Shown here piece after piece: positions 56,613 to 64,000 of a DNA stretch of 64,000 nt. Position numbers and translations under genes: made by a program. Position 1 is the stretch's first letter. Every line of letters begins with the position of its first letter. The notes below the pieces were generated by a model. It saw only the letters and a program-made list of their open reading frames with translations, had not been told where the DNA came from and made no database searches. Location: the NCBI GenBank assembly GCA_964348895.1, contig CAYGEH010000001.1:546254-610253 (forward strand), given 5' to 3'. The stretch is from an uncultured Gammaproteobacteria bacterium (GTDB lineage Bacteria > Patescibacteriota > Microgenomatia > 0-14-0-10-38-17).

Positions 56613-57983
56613 TTATTTATTATATAACGGCACTAGGGCGTTTTCAAAACCCTGTCGATAAATGTAATAGCGAGTGGGGTAGGAAATAAAAACAGCTGGC
56701 GATTCTTCTAGTAAAAATCTTTGAAAATCAAAATATTTTTCTCGCCTTTCTTTAAGATCAGAAACCTGCCTCCCCTCTTCTAGTAGTTGATCAATTCTTA
56801 GATTTGCCAAACGAGTTAGGTTGGTTTTAATTTGAGAAGAGTGCCAAAACCAATACTGATCTGGGTCTTGGGGAATAGCCTGGGTGATTAAAATGGCTTG
56901 AAAATCGTCAGGAATAAAATTGACCACCTGAACATTAGTTTTAACGCCAATCTGTTCCCAAGACTCTTTAGTTTTTTCAGCAACTTCTAGTAGGTGTGGC
57001 AGAGTGGTTAAATTAATTTTAATTTCCTCAGGTAGATCTTCTTGATTGTTTTCTAGCAGTTTCTTGGCATGATCAAGATCTAAATCATAAGCCTTAACAA
57101 AATCGTTGTGGGCCCAAGAATATGGACTAATTGGCCCAGTTGCTCTTTGTTTTCCTTGAGGCTTTGGTGTGGCGTAAGACAGGGCTTGACGCAGAGGCTT
57201 AAAGCCCAACAAATCATCATCAAGATTAAAAAAGATAGCATTATATTGCTGGCTGGCTATTTCAGTTTGAGACCGAATGTTGGGATAGTAGATTAGTTGA
57301 CCGGGATCGGCAACTCCCCAAACAATATCAATTTCTCCCAACTTAAAGGCGTTACGCAAGGACCTTTCGTCAGGATAAAATCTTATTCTTAGTTCTGGCT
57401 GGTCTTTAGTTTTTGGTTCTAAATTAATGGAGCTAATATAGCCTCCTTGATGGGTGGTTCTTTTAACCGAATAGTCCCCCCCTGCTCCAATCAGGTTAGC
57501 TCTAAAAACTGGTTGAGAAAGTAGGGTCAAGAGAGGGGAAAAGCTTTCTTTTAACCTAATGATTAGAGTTTTAGAATCGGGGGCTTCAACAGACAAATCC
57601 TGATAGGAATAATTAATTTCTTGAGCCAAAACAGGCCGACCATCATTCCAAAACAAATTATCTTGAAGATGAAAAATATATTCTTTGCCGTCATTATTAA
57701 TTTGCCAGTCCTTGGCTAGAGCAGGAGAAAAAGAGCCGTCTTGATTGGCTTCGACTAAGCCTTGACCGATTAGTCGACTAATTTGCTGTGGCAGAGTGTG
57801 AGCTTGGTGTTGACCAATCAAGCCAACCCTCAAGACTTGTTTTTGAAAAAAGTTAAACCTTAATCCTAGCCAAGCAACAAAAGAAAAAAAAACAATAAGC
57901 CCAACAAGAACGATTCGATGTCGTTTTAAAAATCCCCAAGTCAGGTTCCAATAAAAACGAGGTCGCCTTTTTTCAATTGCCAT
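56613..57983 (-). CDS. Extracellular solute-binding protein, family 5 (peptide/nickel type), orphan
   Basis: N-terminal TM/signal. GLVEANQDGSFSPALAKDWQINNDGKEYIFHLQDNLFWNDG matches the SBP_bac_5 N-lobe. No adjacent permease genes. Confidence 0.55.
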   Translation of the reverse strand: MAIEKRRPRFYWNLTWGFLKRHRIVLVGLIVFFSFVAWLGLRFNFFQKQVLRVGLIGQHQAHTLPQQISRLIGQGLVEANQDGSFSPALAKDWQINNDGKEYIFHLQDNLFWNDGRPVLAQEINYSYQDLSVEAPDSKTLIIRLKESFSPLLTLLSQPVFRANLIGAGGDYSVKRTTHQGGYISSINLEPKTKDQPELRIRFYPDERSLRNAFKLGEIDIVWGVADPGQLIYYPNIRSQTEIASQQYNAIFFNLDDDLLGFKPLRQALSYATPKPQGKQRATGPISPYSWAHNDFVKAYDLDLDHAKKLLENNQEDLPEEIKINLTTLPHLLEVAEKTKESWEQIGVKTNVQVVNFIPDDFQAILITQAIPQDPDQYWFWHSSQIKTNLTRLANLRIDQLLEEGRQVSDLKERREKYFDFQRFLLEESPAVFISYPTRYYIYRQGFENALVPLYNK

Positions 57984-58006
57984 TTTGTTCTAAAAAGGAA
58001 ATTAAA

Positions 58007-58216
58007 TCAAAAAAAATAGAGTCGGGCAACAGAAAGACTGGCAAAGAGTATTGCCAAGAAAATGAGGCTATAAAAAACCGCTTTCTCGCTATCAGTTTTA
58101 CTGGGTGGTGGGCCAAGGCTACCCTGAGAAAAGCCTCCGCCACGGACAGTTAGTAAAATGATTACTATTAGCAAAAGAGAAATAATTATTTGAACAATGT
58201 TTAGAATAGTGGTCAT
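58007..58216 (-). CDS. secG: Putative preprotein translocase subunit SecG
   Basis: Two TM helices separated by a Gly-rich VRGGGFSQGSLG loop. 69 aa. Confidence 0.4.
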   Translation of the reverse strand: MTTILNIVQIIISLLLIVIILLTVRGGGFSQGSLGPPPSKTDSEKAVFYSLIFLAILFASLSVARLYFF

Positions 58217-58617
58217 GATTTTGATGACTTAATTAAAAGTCGAGCAATTATCCCTATTATAGTCGAAAAGGGGAGCAAAGACCAGAAGCCAGACAGGGAC
58301 AACTTAGGCAAGCCAGCGAGGCTATGTGGTAGAGCGCTAGAATCAAAAGGAACAAACCTAACTTGATTATAAAGAAAAGCAATAAAACAAACCAAAAAAA
58401 CATCAAAGATAAAGCCGGGCAGCCCAAAACAAGCCTTATCTAAAGAAGAAAGAAGCATTTTTTTTATTGGCTTAAAAAGAAGCTGGGCAATATTAATTAA
58501 GAGTGATAGAACAGCCATGGTGGTAAAACCTGATTCAAAGGTGACATTGTTTACCACCAAAGAAGCGAGGTAAATTACCCCCATCAACAAAAGCCACTTT
58601 TTAATTAAATTAAACAT
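58213..58617 (-). CDS. Small membrane protein (phage-holin-4-like / DUF-type)
   Basis: Four hydrophobic helices; no motif. Confidence 0.35.
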   Translation of the reverse strand: MFNLIKKWLLLMGVIYLASLVVNNVTFESGFTTMAVLSLLINIAQLLFKPIKKMLLSSLDKACFGLPGFIFDVFLVCFIAFLYNQVRFVPFDSSALPHSLAGLPKLSLSGFWSLLPFSTIIGIIARLLIKSSKS

Positions 58618-59950
58618 TGAGAAAAACTTTTTTTCTTAAATAATGATGATATTTTTGAGCAAAACGATGAGCCTCGTCTCTGATTGTTTTTAAAAGTAAT
58701 AAAGCTGGTTCTTGTGGTTCTAAATTAAGAGAATAAAAATAATTCTCTTTTTTAATAATAACGGTTTCTTCTTTTTTTGCCAAACCCAAAACTGGAATTT
58801 CCAGTTTATTTGTCCCTAAAACCTTTAGGGCTGCGCTCAGTTGCGGTTTGCCGCCATCAACAATGATTAGGTTTGGGTAGGGCCATTCGGGGTGTTTTAA
58901 GCGACGCTCAATGGCTTCAGCGATCATTTTGGGGTCGTTTGCCTGAGTAGTTTGTTTAATTTTGAATTGTCGATATTGACTGCTGTCTGGTTGCCCCAAA
59001 ATAAAAACTACCATCGAGCCAGTGGCCTCCTGACCAGACAAATTGGCAACATCATAAGCTTCAATTCTGTTCAAGTTGAGGGGAAGTTTAGTAAAGTGAC
59101 TAGATAGAAGCGCCTGTAATGATTTTAATCGATCTTGATTGTCTTTCTTTAAATCTAAGTCAGCCAAAAATAAATTGGGATCAATTTTTTGTTGGGAGGT
59201 TAAAAATATTAAGCCATCACGAACCTTCTTTATTTTAAGAGCTGCTTCGTAGTTGCCACTTTTGGCAATCGTTTTCATTTCTTTTTCGTATTGTCTAATT
59301 AAGGATTGGCTCTGGCCAGATAAAATTTTTTTGATTGCCCTTATTTGTTGACGATATTCTTTTTTATTCTGACTATTGTTGTTAAGACAGGGGGCCAGAC
59401 AAAGACCAAGATGATAATAAAGACAGGCCTGTTTTTGGGATAAACGAGAAGCTGTGGGCAAGTTGGAGCAAGAGCGGTAAGGAAAAATTTTTCTGATCTG
59501 CTTTAAAATAAAGCGAACTGTTTTGGCCGAAGGAAATGGGCCAAAAAGAGTGGCTTCGGAGGTTTGTTTTCTGGCAGTGCCGACTTGAGGAAACTCTTCT
59601 TTGGTAATTTTTAGATAAAGAAAGTGTTTGTCATCTTTTAGAGAAACATTATATTTAGGTTGATGTTTTTTAATCAACTGAGCCTCTAACAAGAGAGCCT
59701 CAAAGTGAGAGGCGGTGGTAATTAGATTAATTTTCTGTGCTTTTTTAATAATTTGAGCGGCCTTAGAGCCAGTATGAGAATGAAAATAGCTAGAGAGTCG
59801 CTGTCGCAAGTTAGTTGCTTTTCCGATATAGATAACTTTATCGCTATGATCTAAAAAAAAATAAACTCCGCTAGTGTTAGGGATTTTTCTGGGCTTAAAA
59901 TTGACGAGATTGATTTTTTGTTTTTTTAGCATTAAATAATTTTTTAACAA
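58610..59950 (-). CDS. uvrC: Excinuclease ABC subunit C (short form, 446 aa)
   Basis: N-terminal GIY-YIG (GVYFFLD...VIYIGKATNLRQRLSSYF), UvrBC-interaction region and an RNase-H-like endonuclease domain. The C-terminal HhH region appears absent. Confidence 0.8.
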   Translation of the reverse strand: MLKNYLMLKKQKINLVNFKPRKIPNTSGVYFFLDHSDKVIYIGKATNLRQRLSSYFHSHTGSKAAQIIKKAQKINLITTASHFEALLLEAQLIKKHQPKYNVSLKDDKHFLYLKITKEEFPQVGTARKQTSEATLFGPFPSAKTVRFILKQIRKIFPYRSCSNLPTASRLSQKQACLYYHLGLCLAPCLNNNSQNKKEYRQQIRAIKKILSGQSQSLIRQYEKEMKTIAKSGNYEAALKIKKVRDGLIFLTSQQKIDPNLFLADLDLKKDNQDRLKSLQALLSSHFTKLPLNLNRIEAYDVANLSGQEATGSMVVFILGQPDSSQYRQFKIKQTTQANDPKMIAEAIERRLKHPEWPYPNLIIVDGGKPQLSAALKVLGTNKLEIPVLGLAKKEETVIIKKENYFYSLNLEPQEPALLLLKTIRDEAHRFAQKYHHYLRKKVFLNV

Positions 59951-61790
59951 CTAAAACAAGGACGACAAATAAGCCGCTTACTGGTAGAAGTATTTGCCAA
60001 TGGTTAGTTACAGTTTGCCAATTAATAAGCGAGAGGCTCTTTATAGGAATAATTTCTTGGGTTTCAAAGTTTTTTACCCTGGCTCTAACAATTAGGCGAC
60101 TATTATTTTGACCTAAAAAAGCCTGCCCAGAAAGAGTCGCAGAAAGCTTAGCTTGTCCTAATGGGGGCAGGGCTGGAATAGTGATTCTTTTAGGGCTGAC
60201 ACCAACCCCTTCGCCGACAAGCTCGACTTCTATTTGATAAAAAGCACGATTGTTGGGATTAGTGATAATAATTTCTCCCGCTAGGTTTCGTCCAGCTGCC
60301 AGCTCATTGGGGAAGGTTGAGTCAATTTCAAAATCGGAAAAAGTCAAGTCTGGAGCATCTTTAGTAAAAGAAATATTTACACTTTTTCGGTGTTGGTCTC
60401 TTCTTTGGTAAGCTCCAGCTGGGAGAGGAAACTGACTGCTTTGACCGTGAATAACAAAGGCAAAGTGAGTCATATCCATTTTATTAAAATAATCAACATT
60501 GCTGGTTGCTTCCCAAGTGGGATCAACCTGTCGCCAAGTTTTAGCCTTATTGTCCCAATATTCAGGCCAAGAGTGTAAAACATCAGCATAGAGAGTGGAG
60601 GGTAGCATTTGAGGATTAGTAGAATAAGCGTAACCATTAAGTTCTCGAGCGGGAATTCCGGCCGCCCTCGCCAAGGCGATAAACAAATCAGTGAATTCAG
60701 TGCAAATGGCTTGATCGGGATTTCTTAAGGCTTCTAGGGCCCCCTTACGGGCGATTTGCCTATTTCTGACTCGATCAAAATTATATTCTAGGTTGTTAAC
60801 CACATAGTGATAAATTTGCTCAACTGTTTTTAAGTCTTGAGCTAAATTTCTAATTTTTGGATCATTAACTTCCCAATAGACATCCTCTTTTAAGTAAGCA
60901 GAAAAATCCACTGGAATAATAGGCGGACTTTGTGGTTCGGCCGTAATCTGAACGATTCCTCTGGCCTCAATTGTTAGTTCTTCTTTAGCCTGAAGCCAAT
61001 AATGGGCAAGCCAGTTTCCGTCTTCATCAATGGTTACTTGCTGGGGTTTTGGGTCAAGATTAGTTAGAAAAACTTTTTGATAGCTGGTGTCTGGAGGAAG
61101 AGCGATTGTCATTTCTTTGGCCTCATCGTCAAGGTTTTCCAGAAAGTATTTTAAGTTAAATTGCATCGATTGAATCTCTCCAAAAATGGCCATAACTTCT
61201 TTTTCGAATAAATCTGCCTGACTAAAGCTAATAATTGTTTCTGTTTCGCTTGTTTGTTTTTGAAAATTTCTAGGGGAAACAAATGAGGGGGGACCAAAAC
61301 TTTTTGGAGCAGAAATCTTGAGGCTAGTCTCTTCGATTTGACCAATGTCGTTAATTTTGGGAATAATTACCCTTTTGGTTTGACCAAGGTTTTCAACAAA
61401 ATCATCAACCTGATATTTAACAATAAAGTGATTAGTTTTGTTTTTTCCTGTTACTGGCGGATCAAAGAAAACAGTTATTTTCGTTAAATCACGATTAGCG
61501 CGGTCGACTTCAGTTGCTAGTTCCTGATTATTATTTTGACTAGTAGCGCTAATGTTTTTGATTAACTGATTGCCGGTGATGGTTAAACTATAATGGGTGG
61601 CATAAATACTAGAGAAATTATTAGTCATTTGGACTTGATGGCGGACTTGGGCCCTTCCCTGTTCGTCAAGTTGATAAAGAATTTCCTTGCTGATGGTAAA
61701 CTCTTCTTGGGCCAAGACGCTTTGAGTAAAAGAAAAAAAGAACAGAGGGGCCAGAAGAAAAACTCCAGCCAATCTTAATGCTTTCAACAT
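59895..61790 (-). CDS. Transglutaminase-like cysteine protease-fold protein, secreted with C-terminal TM anchor
   Basis: Signal peptide. Transglutaminase core CTEFTDLFIALARAAGIPARELNGYAYS with downstream His/Asp. A hydrophobic helix lies near the C-terminus. Confidence 0.7.
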   Translation of the reverse strand: MLKALRLAGVFLLAPLFFFSFTQSVLAQEEFTISKEILYQLDEQGRAQVRHQVQMTNNFSSIYATHYSLTITGNQLIKNISATSQNNNQELATEVDRANRDLTKITVFFDPPVTGKNKTNHFIVKYQVDDFVENLGQTKRVIIPKINDIGQIEETSLKISAPKSFGPPSFVSPRNFQKQTSETETIISFSQADLFEKEVMAIFGEIQSMQFNLKYFLENLDDEAKEMTIALPPDTSYQKVFLTNLDPKPQQVTIDEDGNWLAHYWLQAKEELTIEARGIVQITAEPQSPPIIPVDFSAYLKEDVYWEVNDPKIRNLAQDLKTVEQIYHYVVNNLEYNFDRVRNRQIARKGALEALRNPDQAICTEFTDLFIALARAAGIPARELNGYAYSTNPQMLPSTLYADVLHSWPEYWDNKAKTWRQVDPTWEATSNVDYFNKMDMTHFAFVIHGQSSQFPLPAGAYQRRDQHRKSVNISFTKDAPDLTFSDFEIDSTFPNELAAGRNLAGEIIITNPNNRAFYQIEVELVGEGVGVSPKRITIPALPPLGQAKLSATLSGQAFLGQNNSRLIVRARVKNFETQEIIPIKSLSLINWQTVTNHWQILLPVSGLFVVLVLVVKKLFNAKKTKNQSRQF

Positions 61791-61795
61791 AAGCT

Positions 61796-64000
61796 CTATT
61801 TAATCATGGTTTTCTTGCTTGATTCAATTAGTCGGTTAAGGTTTTTTTTTAAAAATCGACCAGTGTGGGAGCTGGGATGTTTAATTAAATCATTAATTGT
61901 TCCTTGGGCAACAATCTCTCCCCCACCCTCGCCACCTTCGGGGCCCAAGTCAATGATCCAGTCGGCATTTTTAATTAAATCTAAATTATGCTCAATGACA
62001 ATAACAGTATTACCAGCCAAAACCAGTTGTTTTAAAACGGTGACTAATTTTTCCAAATCAGCAAAATGTAGCCCAGTAGTGGGTTCGTCTAAAATATATA
62101 AAGTGTGCTCGGAGCTTTGCTTAACTAACTCGTGAGAGATTTTGATTCGTTGCGCCTCACCACCAGAAAGAGTCGGTGCTGGTTGGCCAAGCTTGAGATA
62201 GTCCAGACCAACCTGAACTAAAACCGCTAGCTTTTTATTAATGGTGGGAATATTTTGAAAAAAACCCTGAGCCTCATTAATGGTCATATCTAAAACTTGG
62301 GCAATATTCTTTTCTTTGTAAAAAATTTCTAAAGTGTCGGTGTTGTAGCGTTTGCCTTGACAAACCTCACATTTAACGAAAACATCAGGCAGAAATTGCA
62401 TTTCAATTTTTAGTTCGCCGTGGCCAGCGCAAGCTTCACAGCGGCCGCCCTTAGTGTTAAAAGAAAACTGGCCAAGGTTATAACCCCTGATTTTAGCCTC
62501 TGGAGTTTGAGCGAACAATTCTCTAATATCGGTAAAAACACCAGTGTAGGTGGCGGGATTAGAACGAGGGGTTCGACCAATGGGAGACTGATCGACTAGA
62601 TAAACTCGGGAAATTTGCTCAGCCCCCTTTAGGCTCTGATGTTGACCAATCTGTTCTTTGCTTGTTTTCCCCAAAACTTTAGCCAGGGCGGGATAAAGGG
62701 TTTCGTTGATCAGAGTAGATTTACCCGAACCAGAAACACCAGTAACACAGACCAACTTATTTAAGGGAAAAGAAATATTAATATTTTTTAAGTTATGATG
62801 TGAGCAACCCTCAAGAGTCAAAGTCTTGTTGTTGGGTTGATGTTTTTGATTTCGAATAGTAATTTTTTTCTTGCCCGACAAGTATTGTCCAGTTAAAGAT
62901 AGGGGGTTTTTTTTAAGACTTTGTGGATCTGCTTGGGCAACGATTTGACCGCCCCAAATGCCAGCTCCTGGGCCAAAATCAACAATTTGATCTGACTCTT
63001 CCATAAGCTGACGGTCATGTTCTACCACGACTACAGTGTTTCCTAGGTCTCGTAAGTTTTTTAGAGTGGTGATTAAACGACTGTTATCTCGAGGGTGAAG
63101 CCCAATGGTCGGTTCGTCTAAAACATAGAGAATGCCAGTTAGACCAGTGCCAATTTGAGAGGCCAAGCGAATTCGCTGGGCTTCTCCTCCTGCTAGCGTT
63201 CCAGTGTTTCGGTCAAGAGTTAAATAATTCAAGCCAACCGAAGAAAGAAACTTTAATCTAGAATTAATTTCTTTTAGGATTGGTTCAACGATAGCTTTTT
63301 CTCGTTCGGAGGAACTGGCTTCCTTGGTGATCTTTTCCAAAAAAGTTTGAACTTGATTAATATTTAAAGCCGTTAATTGGCTAATATTTTTGTCGCCGAG
63401 AGTAACCTTAAGGGCAAATTCTTTTAATCTTTTTCCCTGACATTGAGGGCATTCTTGATAAACCATAAACTGCCCCAACGACTGGCGGACAAGATCAGAG
63501 TCTGTTTCTTGATAGCGTCGTTCCAGTTCTGGAATGATACCAGAGAACTTTTCTTCAATAACAGTTTCTTCTTCATGGCGATTAGTGCCAGGAACAAGAT
63601 AGTATTCCTCTCCTGTTCCCCAAAGAAGCTTATTGATTTGTTCTTTTGATAATTGATTTAAGGGTTTTCTTAAGGGAATTTTCTTTTCTTTTGCGGCTTG
63701 TTTTAAAATTCGAGAAAACCAAGTGTCTTGATAATAAACCTTTATTATTGGGCTAATACCCCCTTCAGAAACAGACAAATTAGTGTTAAGGACTAACTTG
63801 GGATCAAAGCGTAAAAGTGCCCCAATTCCGTTACATTTTGGACAAGCACCAAACGGGGAGTTAAAAGAAAAAGTGCGCGGTTCAATTTCTGGAAAAGAAA
63901 TATTACAAATCGGGCAAGCAAATAATTCCGAAAAAAGATGGTCAGTGGTTAGTTTGGGGTTTTCTGGCATTTCAAAAGAGGGATCACTAACCTCTAGGGC
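61796..64000 (-). CDS. uvrA: Excinuclease ABC subunit A (N-terminus lies beyond window end)
   Basis: Two ABC signature/Walker sets and Zn-finger CxxC motifs. The frame stays open upstream of the tool's Met at 63970 through to base 64000. Confidence 0.85.
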   Translation of the reverse strand, partial: ALEVSDPSFEMPENPKLTTDHLFSELFACPICNISFPEIEPRTFSFNSPFGACPKCNGIGALLRFDPKLVLNTNLSVSEGGISPIIKVYYQDTWFSRILKQAAKEKKIPLRKPLNQLSKEQINKLLWGTGEEYYLVPGTNRHEEETVIEEKFSGIIPELERRYQETDSDLVRQSLGQFMVYQECPQCQGKRLKEFALKVTLGDKNISQLTALNINQVQTFLEKITKEASSSEREKAIVEPILKEINSRLKFLSSVGLNYLTLDRNTGTLAGGEAQRIRLASQIGTGLTGILYVLDEPTIGLHPRDNSRLITTLKNLRDLGNTVVVVEHDRQLMEESDQIVDFGPGAGIWGGQIVAQADPQSLKKNPLSLTGQYLSGKKKITIRNQKHQPNNKTLTLEGCSHHNLKNINISFPLNKLVCVTGVSGSGKSTLINETLYPALAKVLGKTSKEQIGQHQSLKGAEQISRVYLVDQSPIGRTPRSNPATYTGVFTDIRELFAQTPEAKIRGYNLGQFSFNTKGGRCEACAGHGELKIEMQFLPDVFVKCEVCQGKRYNTDTLEIFYKEKNIAQVLDMTINEAQGFFQNIPTINKKLAVLVQVGLDYLKLGQPAPTLSGGEAQRIKISHELVKQSSEHTLYILDEPTTGLHFADLEKLVTVLKQLVLAGNTVIVIEHNLDLIKNADWIIDLGPEGGEGGGEIVAQGTINDLIKHPSSHTGRFLKKNLNRLIESSKKTMIK

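Noticed and set aside
1-64000. CRISPR arrays, rRNA, RNase P RNA, tmRNA, SRP RNA, integrases or transposases
   Set aside because: I found no direct-repeat/spacer periodicity, no rRNA-like or RNase P/SRP/tmRNA consensus segments, and no recombinase-like ORFs. An eye scan could still miss small structured RNAs.

Overview
This 64-kb window looks like a stretch of a small, AT-rich (~38% GC) bacterial chromosome, about 90% coding, dominated by housekeeping genes. Several core proteins are shorter than in model bacteria: PheT 631 aa, ThrRS 583 aa, trigger factor 298 aa, UvrC 446 aa, and an RF1 lacking domain 1. Together with an ADP-forming (archaeal-type) acetyl-CoA synthetase and a eukaryote/archaea-type DRG GTPase, this is consistent with a reduced-genome, fermentative lineage such as Patescibacteria/CPR. 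That is inference only; nothing was searched. Both TGA and TAA are used as stop codons, so the genetic code appears standard. Recognisable blocks: (1) the conserved thrS-infC-rpmI-rplT-pheS-pheT translation operon on the minus strand; (2) an rpsF-ssb-rpsR-hyp-ctpA-htrA minus-strand operon; (3) 15 tRNA genes, including a tight 6-tRNA array at 55973..56570; (4) a DUF362-ferredoxin/RNHCP/IscS/IscU Fe-S cluster; (5) lutA/lutB-like genes; (6) uvrC, a transglutaminase-like gene and partial uvrA at the 3' end. The most unusual locus is a plus-strand five-gene operon at 22675..27851. It encodes a secreted-N-terminus polytopic membrane protein (roughly 6-7 predicted helices), then an ATP-grasp (alpha-L-glutamate-ligase-like) protein fused C-terminally to a RimK-associated retropepsin-like aspartyl peptidase (DTGA motif), then a HlyD-family adaptor, an ABC ATPase and a MacB/FtsX-type permease. 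I read this as a candidate peptide-ligation/processing plus export module; its substrate is not visible here. A leaderless, cysteine-rich 75-aa orphan ORF sits behind a consensus sigma70 promoter at 29612..29875. A standalone Cas4-like Fe-S PD-(D/E)xK nuclease lies at 51521..52267. No CRISPR array, rRNA, integrase or transposase was seen.
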